60,681 nucleotides of DNA, taken from contig JBFFIY010000006.1 in NCBI GenBank assembly GCA_041556195.1, positions 1 to 60,681 on the forward strand, written 5' to 3'. Source of the DNA: Enterobacterales bacterium (GTDB lineage Bacteria; Pseudomonadota; Gammaproteobacteria; Enterobacterales; GCA-002770795). This document shows, piece after piece, positions 28,560-39,233 of the stretch. Every line of letters starts with the position of its first letter. Position 1 is the stretch's first letter. The position numbers and the translations under genes are program-made. Below the pieces are notes generated by a model, which saw nothing but the letters and a program-made list of their open reading frames with translations, was not told where the DNA came from and ran no database searches.

Positions 28560-29597
28560 ATGATAAGAGTTGCAATAAACGGTTATGGCAGAATTGGCCG
28601 AAATATTTTAAGAGCATTATATGAGTCTGGGAAAAACTCAAAGATCAAGATTGTTGCAGTTAATGATCTTGGTAATGCTGAGACCAATGTCCACCTGACT
28701 AAATATGATTCAGTTCATGGAAAATTCAATGCAGACGTTTCCTATAGTGAAAATATAATGAAGGTGAATGGTGATGCTGTTGAAGTGTTATCAGAAAAAA
28801 ATCCTGCAAATTTACCCTGGAAAAGATTAAAAGTAGATGTGGTTTACGAATGCACAGGATTTTTTACCAAAAGAGAGCTTGCTCAGCTTCATATTGAAGC
28901 AGGTGCTAAAAAAGTGATTATTTCTGCACCTGGTGCGGGAGTTGATGCTACGATTGTTTATGGTGTAAATGAAAATATTTTAACCGCCGATTCACTGGTG
29001 ATTTCAAATGCATCCTGCACCACAAATTGCCTGGCACCCATCGCAAAAGTTATTAATGATAACATTGGTATTGAGAAAGGAGTTATGACAACTATTCATG
29101 CTTACACTAATGATCAAAATCTGATTGATATGGCACATAAGGATATTTACCGAGCGCGTTCGGCAACGATGTCTATGATTCCAACCAAAACAGGCGCTGC
29201 TAAAGCTGTTGGAATTGTTTTACCTGAACTGGAGGGGAAGCTTGATGGAATGGCGGTAAGAGTGCCTATTTCCAATGTTTCTCTGATAGATCTAAATCTT
29301 GTTGTCTCGCGTGACACCAGCATCAATGAAGTGAATCAATTGATTAAAAATGCGGCTGGAGCGGAGATGTCAGGTGTTCTTTATTATAATGATGAACCTC
29401 TGGTTTCAATTGATTTTAATCACAATCCTGCATCTTCATGTTTTGATTCGTCACAAACAAGTGTCAATGGTAATCTGGTAAAAATTATGGCCTGGTATGA
29501 CAATGAGTGGGGTTTTTCAAATCGAATGCTTGACACTACCATGGCTCTTATTCAAGCAGGTGAAAATCAAAACTCCTCATTAAAAGTGGCTATTTAA
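28560..29597 (+). CDS. gap: Glyceraldehyde-3-phosphate dehydrogenase, type I
   Basis: [38 protein letters not shown]. Confidence 0.92.
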   Translation: MIRVAINGYGRIGRNILRALYESGKNSKIKIVAVNDLGNAETNVHLTKYDSVHGKFNADVSYSENIMKVNGDAVEVLSEKNPANLPWKRLKVDVVYECTGFFTKRELAQLHIEAGAKKVIISAPGAGVDATIVYGVNENILTADSLVISNASCTTNCLAPIAKVINDNIGIEKGVMTTIHAYTNDQNLIDMAHKDIYRARSATMSMIPTKTGAAKAVGIVLPELEGKLDGMAVRVPISNVSLIDLNLVVSRDTSINEVNQLIKNAAGAEMSGVLYYNDEPLVSIDFNHNPASSCFDSSQTSVNGNLVKIMAWYDNEWGFSNRMLDTTMALIQAGENQNSSLKVAI

Positions 29598-29611
29598 AAA
29601 ATAGGTAAAAA

Positions 29612-31258
29612 ATGCCTTTGCATCTTGATTCTAATAAGTGGAAGCAACTACAGTCTCATTTTGAATTGACTAAAAATGTTCATATGCGTGAACAATTTGA
29701 AAGCAATCCAAATCGCTTCGATGAATTTTCAATATTGTTCAATGATATTCTATTTGATTATTCAAAAAATAGAATTGATCATGATACGATCCAGTTTTTG
29801 ATTGAACTTGCCGAAGAGGCAGGTGTTCCAGAAATGATTGAAAAGATGTTCTGCGGAGATAAAATCAACAACACAGAAGATCGTTCGGTGTTACACACAG
29901 CTTTACGAAATCGTTCTAATGTTCCCCTGTTCATTGACGGTGTAAATATTAGTCCAGATATAGACGTTGAGTTGTCTCGCATAAAAAAACTGGCGCACTC
30001 TCTAAGGACAAGAAATTGGTTGGGAGCAACAGGACAACCTATTACAGATGTGGTTAATATAGGTATAGGTGGCTCGTACCTTGGCCCTCTTATGGTGACC
30101 GAAGCGCTAAGGCCTTATACCTTCCAGGATTTAAATATTCATTTCGTTGCTAATATTGATGAAAACCATATCAATGATACTTTAGAGAATTTAAGACCTG
30201 AAACTACACTCTTTATTATCTCTTCAAAGAGTTTTACCACACAAGATACTATGGTTAATGCAGCAAGTGCACGCCAGTGGTTTTTAAAACGTCTGATCAA
30301 TAAAAAATTACTGGCTAAACACTTCGTAGCGGTCACTGAAAACCGCGAGGCAGCCACAGAATTTGGTATTGAAGGTGAAAATATCTTCAAAATGTGGGAT
30401 TGGGTAGGTGGTCGTTATTCACTGTGGTCAGCCATTGGTTTATCTATTGTTATTTCTATAGGTCCAGATAATTTCGATGAGTTGTTGAAGGGTGCTTATG
30501 AAGTTGATTTACATTTCAGGCATTCTCCTTTAAAAGAGAATGTGCCCGTTATCATGGCATTATTGGGTATTTGGTATAATAATTTATACGGTTCTGAAAC
30601 AACGGCTGTTTTACCCTATGCTCAACACATGCATCGTTTTCCAGCTTATCTGCAACAGGCTGATATGGAAAGCAATGGTAAATTTGTGAACAAACAGGGT
30701 AAACAAATCCGTTATTCTACCGGGCCTGTTTTATTTGGTGAAATAGGTATTCCCAGCCAGCATGCTTTTTATCAATTATTGCATCAGGGAACTAAATTGG
30801 TTCCGGTGGATATTCTTGCCCCCATACTTAACTTTCAATGTGCAGCTGAACACCATAATGCATTGATGTCTAATGTTTTTGCCCAGGCAGAAGCTTTAAT
30901 GAAGGGTAAAACAGAGAAGGAAGTGTTAGATGAATTGTCCAAAAATAATATCGATAAGGATAAGATTGATACCATACTCCCGCATAAGGTTTTTCCCGGG
31001 AATAGACCAAGCAATACCTTTTTATTCAAATCATTGGATCCCAAAACCCTTGGTTCATTAATAGCATTTTACGAACACAAAATATTTATCCAGGGCGTGA
31101 TTTGGAATATCAATTCTTTTGATCAGTGGGGAGTAGAGTTAGGAAAAGGATTAGCCAAAAATATTTTAACAGAACTTGATGATACGCAACAAATCAGCGG
31201 ACATGACTGTTCCACTAACGAATTAATCAATTATTATAAATCGATTAAATTTTCTTAA
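29612..31258 (+). CDS. pgi: Glucose-6-phosphate isomerase
   Basis: DYSKN, NIGIGGS, SSKSFTT, WVGGRYSLWS, QQADMESNGK, SFDQWGVELGK. Confidence 0.96.
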   Translation: MPLHLDSNKWKQLQSHFELTKNVHMREQFESNPNRFDEFSILFNDILFDYSKNRIDHDTIQFLIELAEEAGVPEMIEKMFCGDKINNTEDRSVLHTALRNRSNVPLFIDGVNISPDIDVELSRIKKLAHSLRTRNWLGATGQPITDVVNIGIGGSYLGPLMVTEALRPYTFQDLNIHFVANIDENHINDTLENLRPETTLFIISSKSFTTQDTMVNAASARQWFLKRLINKKLLAKHFVAVTENREAATEFGIEGENIFKMWDWVGGRYSLWSAIGLSIVISIGPDNFDELLKGAYEVDLHFRHSPLKENVPVIMALLGIWYNNLYGSETTAVLPYAQHMHRFPAYLQQADMESNGKFVNKQGKQIRYSTGPVLFGEIGIPSQHAFYQLLHQGTKLVPVDILAPILNFQCAAEHHNALMSNVFAQAEALMKGKTEKEVLDELSKNNIDKDKIDTILPHKVFPGNRPSNTFLFKSLDPKTLGSLIAFYEHKIFIQGVIWNINSFDQWGVELGKGLAKNILTELDDTQQISGHDCSTNELINYYKSIKFS

Positions 31259-31284
31259 CAGCGTATACCCGTGCTAGTTTAAAA

Positions 31285-33747
31285 TTATGATTTAGCCGTT
31301 AATTCCTTATGAGAAAAATCATCAACACTGATCACCTCACGCCTTCCGAGTTCCGCCTTTTCAATAATATCTGCGGCCTGTTGGTTAATTAATCCTGCAG
31401 CAAGACCTAGTTGTGCCAGTTTGATAGGGTTGGACTCTTTATTTTCGAGAGTTGATTTTAGTTTTTTCAGTATAGATTCTGATGCTATTAAATCATTCAA
31501 AACGACTTCCATTTTTCCGACTGGATTATTTTCATCAGGTGTTAGATAAATGCCTTCAGCCAGACGTGATCTGGTTTCAGAGGGTTGTAAAAGCGTCAGG
31601 GCAACTTTATGACTCAAGTAATCATTGGGTGGTGTTAGTGGTCTACCAAATGGAAATAATTTAAATTTAAGTAAACTACCGAGCCATTGAACAGGGAAGT
31701 TATTAAACAAAGCAAATAAAGCTTCCTGAACTTTGTATAAATTTGATTCAACCGCATAACTTACCAGAGGTAGATCTTCATGGTGGCGCCCATCATCATC
31801 AAATTTTTTCAAAATAGAAGAACATAAATATAAACCGCTTAATACATCACCTAATCGGGCTGAAATTTTTTCTCGACGTTTAAGCTCCCCACCTAAAATC
31901 CCCAGAATGACATCGGATAAAAAAGCGAGGTTAGCACTAAATCGTTTCATGTGCTGGTAGTAACGAGCAGTTTCATCCTTAAATGGCGTTTGGGTTCCGC
32001 GTCCGTTGGTGAGTCCCAACCAGATACTTCGCACAAAATTGCTAAAAGAAAAACCAAGATGGGCAAATAATGCAGAATCAAAATGTTCAAGGTTGGTTTC
32101 CGGATCGGGATCATGCACTGCCTGGATTTCTTTGAGTAAATAGGGATGACAACGGATGGAGCCCTGTCCAAAAATAATTAAACTCCGAGTTAAAATATTA
32201 GCGCCTTCAACTGTAATACTAATAGGAGCGCCCTGATATAAACGCCCGAGATAGTTTCTATTCCCTAACATAACGCCTTTACCACCATGAATGTCCATGG
32301 CATCTATAACGGCATGACGTGAGTTTTCGGTAGTGTGGTATTTTACAATGGCTGATGCAACAGAAGGTTTTTCTCCAATATCAATGCCGGCTGCAGTAAA
32401 TGCCCCGACAGCTGTATTGGTATAGGCATTTCCTCCAATACGAGCCAGAGCTTCTTCAACACCTTCCATTTTCCCAATGGGGACCCTGAATTGTTTACGT
32501 ATTCTGGCGTAAGCTCCAGTTGTTATGGCTGCCACTTTTGAACCTGCTATTGCGCCAGAGGGTAACGAAATAGCCCTGCCTGCAGATAAGCAATCGACTA
32601 ACATTCTCCATCCTTGACCTGCTTGTTTTTGACCGCCAATAATAAATTCTAATGGCACAAATACATCTTTACCCTGAGTAGGTCCATTCTGGAAAGGAAT
32701 ATTTAATGGAAAATGTCTTCTTCCTATAGTGATACCTTCAACACCAGTTGGGATGAGTGCACAGGTAATACCATACTCTTCCGGTCCATTGAGTAGTTTA
32801 TCGGGATCAAATAACTTGAAAGCTAATCCTAAAATGGTAGCAATAGGAGCCAGAGTGATATAGCGTTTATCCCAATTGAGCTTGACACCGATAATTTCTT
32901 TCCCGTTAAATTCACCCTGACAAACAATTCCGGTGTCAGTAATGGCCGAAGCATCAGAGCCTGCTTCAGGCCCGGTTAGAGCAAAACAGGGGATATCCTG
33001 TCCTTTTGCCAGCCTTGGCAGGTAATGCTCTTTTTGTTCTTTAGTTCCATAGTGCAGTAACAATTCTGCAGGCCCCAGAGAATTGGGTACGGAAACACTG
33101 GTTCCCAGAACCATTGAAACAGAGTTTAATTTGATTAAGACTCTCGAATGGGCATAGGCAGAAAACTCAAGCCCACCGAATTTTTTAGGTATAATCATTC
33201 CAAGAAAGCCATTTTCTTTTAAAAACGCCCATATATTTGGGGGTAAATCGTTGAGTTCATGCGTGATTTGCCAGTCTTGCGTCATTGCACAGACTTTTTC
33301 AACAGGACCTTCAAGAAAGGCTGTTTCTTCCGGGCTTAATTGAGCTGATGGAATATCATGTAGTTGTTTCCAGTCAGGTGAGCCTCTGAATAGTTCAGCT
33401 TCCCACCACACTGTTCCTGCATCTAAAGCCTCTTGTTCCGTATCTGAAATTGGAGGCATGAGTTTTTTGAAGACTTGAAAAATAGGAGCTGAAATAAGTT
33501 TTTGTCTGAATTGCGTGATATTTAGAGGGATGAAAATGGCAAAAAATACTAACCAGGCTATTATAGGACTGTTGTCTAGTACTGTGATGATCAATAAAGT
33601 GGCAAACAAAGTCAGGGTATAGGTTTTCAACGAAGCCCTATGGTAGGCCAGGATTGAAACCAGAGTGATAAAACCAATTAACCAAAAGAAAAATGCCACC
33701 TTTGCGATCTCCGCTGTATATAGATGATGGTTAGATAGATATAGCAT
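31285..33747 (-). CDS. fadE: Acyl-CoA dehydrogenase FadE (membrane-anchored, ~820 aa type)
   Basis: AGTVWWEAELF, VPNSLGPAELL, CFALTGPEAGSDA, ITVEGANILTR. Confidence 0.92.
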   Translation of the reverse strand: MLYLSNHHLYTAEIAKVAFFFWLIGFITLVSILAYHRASLKTYTLTLFATLLIITVLDNSPIIAWLVFFAIFIPLNITQFRQKLISAPIFQVFKKLMPPISDTEQEALDAGTVWWEAELFRGSPDWKQLHDIPSAQLSPEETAFLEGPVEKVCAMTQDWQITHELNDLPPNIWAFLKENGFLGMIIPKKFGGLEFSAYAHSRVLIKLNSVSMVLGTSVSVPNSLGPAELLLHYGTKEQKEHYLPRLAKGQDIPCFALTGPEAGSDASAITDTGIVCQGEFNGKEIIGVKLNWDKRYITLAPIATILGLAFKLFDPDKLLNGPEEYGITCALIPTGVEGITIGRRHFPLNIPFQNGPTQGKDVFVPLEFIIGGQKQAGQGWRMLVDCLSAGRAISLPSGAIAGSKVAAITTGAYARIRKQFRVPIGKMEGVEEALARIGGNAYTNTAVGAFTAAGIDIGEKPSVASAIVKYHTTENSRHAVIDAMDIHGGKGVMLGNRNYLGRLYQGAPISITVEGANILTRSLIIFGQGSIRCHPYLLKEIQAVHDPDPETNLEHFDSALFAHLGFSFSNFVRSIWLGLTNGRGTQTPFKDETARYYQHMKRFSANLAFLSDVILGILGGELKRREKISARLGDVLSGLYLCSSILKKFDDDGRHHEDLPLVSYAVESNLYKVQEALFALFNNFPVQWLGSLLKFKLFPFGRPLTPPNDYLSHKVALTLLQPSETRSRLAEGIYLTPDENNPVGKMEVVLNDLIASESILKKLKSTLENKESNPIKLAQLGLAAGLINQQAADIIEKAELGRREVISVDDFSHKELTAKS

Positions 33748-33916
33748 AGCAAATAATACTGCATGAGCCTGGGTATATTCTTCAAAATTTGGGAAGTAAT
33801 TGTTCGGATGAGAAGTTAGAAGAGACTTTTCTTCTGACTTAGAGCTACAATATATAGAAAATAAAAGATAAAAGTTATAAAGTGCTGTTTATACACTTTG
33901 CTTCAAGTGTATTATC

Positions 33917-33965
33917 CATTAGCATTAGCATTAGCATTAGCATTAGCATTAGCATTAGCATTAGC
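33917..33965. repeat. Hexanucleotide microsatellite (CATTAG)8
   Basis: Eight perfect units read directly, ending 35 bp upstream of ATG 34001. Confidence 0.97.
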
Positions 33966-34000
33966 TTTTAATTTAATTATCACTGAAGGAAGGAATATTC

Positions 34001-34852
34001 ATGAAACTTGCCGTAGCAATCATTCATGGTTTGGGTTCAGAAGAACAATTTTTTTCTGTTGAACTCAAACATAAAATTGTTGAGAAATATCTAGAAGAGA
34101 ACGAAAATTATTCTGAGGACGATCTGGTTTTTCAGGAGATTTATTGGGGTGATTTAATTAATGAGTCTTTAGCTGAACTTTCCGAAAAAGTTAATTATAA
34201 CAAAGACTTAACTTATCCAAATCTTCGCAGGACATTTATGGACTATTTAGGTGTATCTCATGCTTACCGTGATGGTATACGTAATGAGTTCTATCTGTCT
34301 ATCCATGAACGGGTTCGAGAGAGTATTCGCAAACTCTCTTCTCATAGACGAGTTGACGATGCAACCACGCCATTAGTGGTACTGTCCCACTCTTTCGGTA
34401 GTGTGATTATGTCCGACTTTATCTGGGATCTGAGAAAAGAACAGAATCGCTCTAAAGGCACGTTGAAAGGACTCACAGCTTTTGAACAGTTCGATACGCT
34501 TACTGGTTTTGTGACCTTTGGTAATCCTATGGCATTATTTGCCGCTAGCAACCCGGCTGAATTTGATCAGCCTATTGAAATTAAGGGTAAGGCGCATAAT
34601 GAAGATTATCAGAAGCGAGCACGTTGGTATAATTTTTATGATAAAGATGATGTAGTGGCTTATCCATTAAAAGGACTTAATGATGCTTATAATCAGGCTG
34701 TCCATGGGGATTTTGAAATCAATGTGGGCTCGGCAGCAACATCCTGGAACCCGGCCTGTCACACAGGTTATTGGGAAGATAAAGATTTTTACAATGCTGT
34801 TACTAAATTTTTATCGGAACTACAGGCTGAGCACACTTTCTGGAAAGAATGA
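34001..34852 (+). CDS. Hypothetical protein, alpha/beta-hydrolase-like
   Basis: IIHGLG oxyanion-like motif, SHSFG nucleophile elbow, TFGNP, NFYDKDDVV, C-terminal H(TGYW); RBS GAAGGAAGG. Confidence 0.6.
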   Translation: MKLAVAIIHGLGSEEQFFSVELKHKIVEKYLEENENYSEDDLVFQEIYWGDLINESLAELSEKVNYNKDLTYPNLRRTFMDYLGVSHAYRDGIRNEFYLSIHERVRESIRKLSSHRRVDDATTPLVVLSHSFGSVIMSDFIWDLRKEQNRSKGTLKGLTAFEQFDTLTGFVTFGNPMALFAASNPAEFDQPIEIKGKAHNEDYQKRARWYNFYDKDDVVAYPLKGLNDAYNQAVHGDFEINVGSAATSWNPACHTGYWEDKDFYNAVTKFLSELQAEHTFWKE

Positions 34853-34880
34853 TTTTTCTGAAAATAAGAGCTAAAGAATT

Positions 34881-34915
34881 AAAGGTTCCTGGTTTCGGCT
34901 TTGAACCTTTTTTTT
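34881..34915 (+). terminator. Probable Rho-independent terminator
   Basis: AAAGGTTC...GAACCTTT stem followed by a T run after the 34852 stop. Confidence 0.5.
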
Positions 34916-35093
34916 GAGTTTTGTTTGTGTATTAAGAGAGTTATAATAAAGGGGTAGGTGTATATCTACTGTAACATTTATTAAACAAGTTTGCCTAAAT
35001 ACTCTAAAATTTTAAGGGTAGTCCATTTTTGACATTTTGTTTCTACTAAATATGAATGTTTGCTCCTAACTGAGTGAAATAGCTTGTATATAT

Positions 35094-35981
35094 ATGATAA
35101 AACTGAAAAAAATCAATTTTCACTCCATAGTGTTTTCCAGAAATTACCTGGTTGCCTGTTTTGCCGTTTTATTATCGGGTTGTTCTATAGTCATTTCATC
35201 GGCGACCCAGAATATGGCGGAAAATCTGGCCAAATCTATTGCCAATAGTGATGATCCGCAAACTGTCAAAGATGGCGCGCCTGCCTACTTAATCATGATT
35301 GACAGTTTTATTGAGGGTGATCCTGAAAACCCTGCAACACAAAGGGCTGCCGCCGATTTAAATACAGCTTACGCTGCAATGTTTGTTGATGAGCCTGAGA
35401 GACAACAAAAGATGACTGAAAAATCATTAAGGCTTGCAGGAACCGCACTATGTTTGGAATTTAAGTCTTTATGTCAATTAAGAAAGTTGAAATTTGATGA
35501 GTTTGAACAAAAGTTACAGAGCCTCAACAAAAAACAGATAGCAGGACTTTATACATTAGGTGTTTCCTGGTCAGCCTGGCTGCAGTTCCATAGTAGCGAC
35601 TGGAATGCTGTGGCTGAACTACCTAAGGTAACAGCTTTAATGAATGCAATTGCCAGGATTGATGAAAGTTATGATACAGGCTCGGTCCACTATTATTTAG
35701 CCTTGCTCAATACGATTTTACCACCGGCGCTTGGAGGAAAGACAGAGTTAGCAAAAGCTCATTTTAATAAAGCCATAGAGCTCTCAGATGGTAAAAACCT
35801 TATGGTTAAAGTCTCTTTTGCTGAAAAGTATGCAAGGTTAATTTTTGATAAAGAATTACATGATAAGCTCTTACAGGAAGTTCTGGAAACTAGCCCTTAT
35901 TTAGAAGGATTTGTGTTGGCCAATCATATGGCTCAAACACGAGCTAAAGAGTTACTGGCTGGTTCTGCGGATTATTTCTAA
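35094..35981 (+). CDS. TRAP transporter TatT (T-component) lipoprotein
   Basis: Lipobox LSGC, DDPQTVKDGAPAYL, PPALGG, helical TPR-like content; directly upstream of dctPQM. Confidence 0.8.
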   Translation: MIKLKKINFHSIVFSRNYLVACFAVLLSGCSIVISSATQNMAENLAKSIANSDDPQTVKDGAPAYLIMIDSFIEGDPENPATQRAAADLNTAYAAMFVDEPERQQKMTEKSLRLAGTALCLEFKSLCQLRKLKFDEFEQKLQSLNKKQIAGLYTLGVSWSAWLQFHSSDWNAVAELPKVTALMNAIARIDESYDTGSVHYYLALLNTILPPALGGKTELAKAHFNKAIELSDGKNLMVKVSFAEKYARLIFDKELHDKLLQEVLETSPYLEGFVLANHMAQTRAKELLAGSADYF

Positions 35982-36045
35982 ACCTGTAGGTTTAGAAAGT
36001 TAATAAACAAATAAATCGAACATTTAAATAAAAAATAGCCAGGTT

Positions 36046-37131
36046 ATGAGTATTATGATGAAAAAATTGATTTGGGTTTTTAGCTTTGTTATCGCAATTT
36101 TATCTGCGGATATTGCTCAGTCTGCTGTGTTAAAATTGGCTACAATCTCACCTGATGGATCAAGCTGGATGATTAAGATCAGAGAAGGGGTGGCACAAAT
36201 CGAGAAACAGACAAACAACCGAGTCAAGTTTAAGATATACCCTGGTGGCGTTATGGGAAGTGATGCGACGGTTCTCAGAAAAATTCGTACAAGACAACTT
36301 CATGGTGGTGCATTAAGCAGTGGTGCTTTAGCTTCAAAATATCCAGATAATCAGGTTTACAATTTACCCCTGATGTTTAACTCACAGCAAGAAGTGGATT
36401 ATGTGAAAAAACAGATGGATCCTGTGATAGCGAAAGGTATGGAAGACAGTGGTTTTGTCACATTTGGCCTGGCGGGCGGAGGATTTGCTTACCTGATGTC
36501 CAAGCAGCCCATAAAAACAATTGAGGATGTTCAACAAAGAAAGGTTTGGATCCCATCAGGTGACTCAGTGGCTTTGGCTGTTGTTAATGCTTTTAATGTT
36601 GCTCCCATTCCGCTAAGTCTTGGGGATGTTTTGCCGGCACTCCAAACAGGTATTATTGATACCGTTACCATTTCACCTATTGGTGCTTTGGCCTTTCAAT
36701 GGCATACACAGATCAAATATATTACTGAAATGCCGGTATTGTATTTATACGCATTTCTTGCGATAGATAAAAAAGCCTTCAGTAAACTGACAAATGAAGA
36801 TCAAACCATTGTCAGAAAAGTATTTTCCAGAGTTTTTTATGAAATTGATGAAGAAAATAAAAAGAATGATAGAGAAGCTTTGGCAGCTCTGAAAAATCTG
36901 GATATTCAATTTGTAAAACCTACCCGGGAAGCTCTTAAATCATGGGAAGAAAAGGCTAAACAAGTTGCACCAGATATGATTTCAGGAAACAAATTATCTA
37001 AAAAAATATTTGATAGCATTAATGCACATTTAAAAAAGTATCGTGCAAAACAAGCAGTGGTATCAACAGGTACTGAATCTACAGATAATGAATTAACTGG
37101 TAGTCTATCAACAGGTAAAGAAGGCAAGTGA
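36046..37131 (+). CDS. dctP: TRAP transporter substrate-binding protein DctP (TatP type)
   Basis: LKLATISPDGSSW, IYPGGVMG, ALQTGIID. Confidence 0.88.
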   Translation: MSIMMKKLIWVFSFVIAILSADIAQSAVLKLATISPDGSSWMIKIREGVAQIEKQTNNRVKFKIYPGGVMGSDATVLRKIRTRQLHGGALSSGALASKYPDNQVYNLPLMFNSQQEVDYVKKQMDPVIAKGMEDSGFVTFGLAGGGFAYLMSKQPIKTIEDVQQRKVWIPSGDSVALAVVNAFNVAPIPLSLGDVLPALQTGIIDTVTISPIGALAFQWHTQIKYITEMPVLYLYAFLAIDKKAFSKLTNEDQTIVRKVFSRVFYEIDEENKKNDREALAALKNLDIQFVKPTREALKSWEEKAKQVAPDMISGNKLSKKIFDSINAHLKKYRAKQAVVSTGTESTDNELTGSLSTGKEGK

Positions 37132-37622
37132 AATTTTTAACATTACTTGTTCAGGCATTAAAAAAGATTGAAACGTTTTTATTAGTTTCTCTACTTCTTA
37201 TTTTAATTGGTTTTAGCCTGAGCCAGATCCTGATGAGAAATTTTATGGATACTGGTTTTATCTGGGGAGAGTACCTTATCAGGATCCTGGTATTATGGAT
37301 TGGTTTATTAGGTGCTATGTATGCTGGTAGAACCAACAAGCATATTCGTATAGATCTGGTGACTCACTATGTCTCTGAAAAATGGCAGCGATATATTGAA
37401 ATCACCTCCAATTTCACCACCGCAGTTATCTGTGGTATTGCTTGTTGGTATAGCCTCTTATTTGTACTTGAAGAATATGAATATGCGGATGTTGCCTTTG
37501 CTTCAGTACCTGTTTGGAGCACACAAATCATCATACCTTTTTCTCTGGCTGTTCTCACGTTAAGATTTTTGGCACAAAGTTTTAAATCTGCATTTTACTC
37601 CCATTCTATTCTAAAGAGCTGA
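37128..37622 (+). CDS. dctQ: TRAP transporter small permease
   Basis: Four TM segments, HIRIDL motif. Confidence 0.88.
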   Translation: MKFLTLLVQALKKIETFLLVSLLLILIGFSLSQILMRNFMDTGFIWGEYLIRILVLWIGLLGAMYAGRTNKHIRIDLVTHYVSEKWQRYIEITSNFTTAVICGIACWYSLLFVLEEYEYADVAFASVPVWSTQIIIPFSLAVLTLRFLAQSFKSAFYSHSILKS

Positions 37623-37626
37623 TCCT

Positions 37627-38907
37627 GTGTTTACCCTGATTGCAATTATCGGCATCGTGCTACTCGCTCTATCTGGAGCGCCCCTGTTTGCCGTTATTTT
37701 AGCGGCTTCCATGCTGGGGTTTTTTCTGGCAGGGGTGGATTTATCTGTTATTGCCATTGAAATATATCGGTTGACCGATACACCATTGCTTGTAGCTTTA
37801 CCGCTATTTACTTTCACCGGTTACTTGCTAAGTGAAAGTAAAGCCTCCCATAGATTGTTAGGCATTACGGAACAGTGGATGAATTGGATGCCAGGTGGAC
37901 TAGCGGTTGTTGCCTTATTTGCAAGTGCGATATTTACCGCATTTACCGGAGCAAGTGGCGTGACCATTGTGGCATTAGGTGCCTTGTTATATCCCGCTCT
38001 AATAGAGGGGGGCTATCCCAAAAAGTTCAGTCTGGGTTTGGTAACAACATCGGGTAGTTTAGGGCTTTTATTTCCACCATCGTTACCACTTATTTTATTT
38101 GGCATTATCACCCAACAAATTGAAGTGGGTGAAAGTTTTACCATGGAGCAATTATTTATCGCGGGGCTAGTGCCTGGCTTGATTATGGTTGTTGCTTTAT
38201 CTGTGTGGAGTTACTGGAGCAATAGAAAAATTGTTAATCATAAAAAAAGTTTCAACTGGAAATTGGCTAAACAATCATTAATTGATGCTAAATGGGAATT
38301 CCCCTTACCATTTTTTGTACTACTGGGTATTTATGGTGGCTTTTTGACACTCACAGAAATAGCGGCCATTGCAGCTTCCTACGTGTTTATTGTAGAAGTC
38401 TTTATATATAGAGAAGTGCCTATAAAAAAACTTATCAAAGTTTGCACAGAATCCATGACCATGACGGGTGGTATTCTAATTATTTTAGGCGTATCTCTGG
38501 CCTTTACCAATTTTCTTGTAGATGCAGAAGTTCCTAATAACTTATTTGAGCAAATAAAAACTCATATAGACAGTAAATACACATTCTTATTGTTGTTAAA
38601 TATCATGTTGTTGTTATTAGGAGCGATCCTTGATATTTATGCAGCACTGGTCATTGTGGTTCCAATCATTTTACCATTAGCAGTAGGGTTTGGGATCCAT
38701 CCAATACACCTGGGTATTATTTTTCTGGCCAATATGCAAATCGGTTACCTGACACCACCCATTGGTATGAACCTGTTTATTGCCAGCTACCGCTTCGGTG
38801 AACCCATTACCAAGATTTATAAAGATACATTGCCCTTTATGTTGATCTTACTTTTGGTGTTGTTGGTTATCACCTACGTTCCTGTTTTGACTTTGGGGTT
38901 TATCTGA
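37627..38907 (+). CDS. dctM: TRAP transporter large permease
   Basis: ALPLFTFTG, TGASG, GSLGLLFPPS, GYLTPPIGMNLF. Confidence 0.92.
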   Translation: MFTLIAIIGIVLLALSGAPLFAVILAASMLGFFLAGVDLSVIAIEIYRLTDTPLLVALPLFTFTGYLLSESKASHRLLGITEQWMNWMPGGLAVVALFASAIFTAFTGASGVTIVALGALLYPALIEGGYPKKFSLGLVTTSGSLGLLFPPSLPLILFGIITQQIEVGESFTMEQLFIAGLVPGLIMVVALSVWSYWSNRKIVNHKKSFNWKLAKQSLIDAKWEFPLPFFVLLGIYGGFLTLTEIAAIAASYVFIVEVFIYREVPIKKLIKVCTESMTMTGGILIILGVSLAFTNFLVDAEVPNNLFEQIKTHIDSKYTFLLLLNIMLLLLGAILDIYAALVIVVPIILPLAVGFGIHPIHLGIIFLANMQIGYLTPPIGMNLFIASYRFGEPITKIYKDTLPFMLILLLVLLVITYVPVLTLGFI

Positions 38908-38920
38908 ACTTTCTTAATTT

Positions 38921-39189
38921 AACCTGAACTCTGGATAAGAATTACCAAAATACTTTAAGCTTTCAATCTGGATTCCTCAGTTGAGCGCGAAAAAGATATG
39001 TAAGCAATTGGTGTGCATAGGAAACTTAATACCCAAAGCACTCGCTACGCTTATGGGGCAGGCTCTCACCTGATTGGTCCTTCCGTCGTGAAGGCAGGAT
39101 CCTAAGAGCGTGAAAAGTGTATTTATCAGTTTTTCAGGTGCGCCAAGGGCTTGCGCAGACTTTCGTGATTCAACTGATGAATTCAGGTT
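38921..39189. mobile_element. MITE-like element with family A ends and a different interior
   Basis: Left end AACCTGAACTCTGGATAA (17/18 to 23328-23345); right end AATTCAGGTT shared with the 5017-5045 hairpin. Confidence 0.6.
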
Positions 39190-39233
39190 CAACTTGATGC
39201 TATTGTTCAAGACTACTTTGCGAACTTTTTAGA

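Noticed and set aside
28560-29597. Erythrose-4-phosphate dehydrogenase (epd) instead of gap
   Set aside because: IHAYTNDQ motif and ED-operon context fit GAPDH better
33917-33965. CRISPR-like array
   Set aside because: Pure hexamer tandem without spacers; no cas genes in the window
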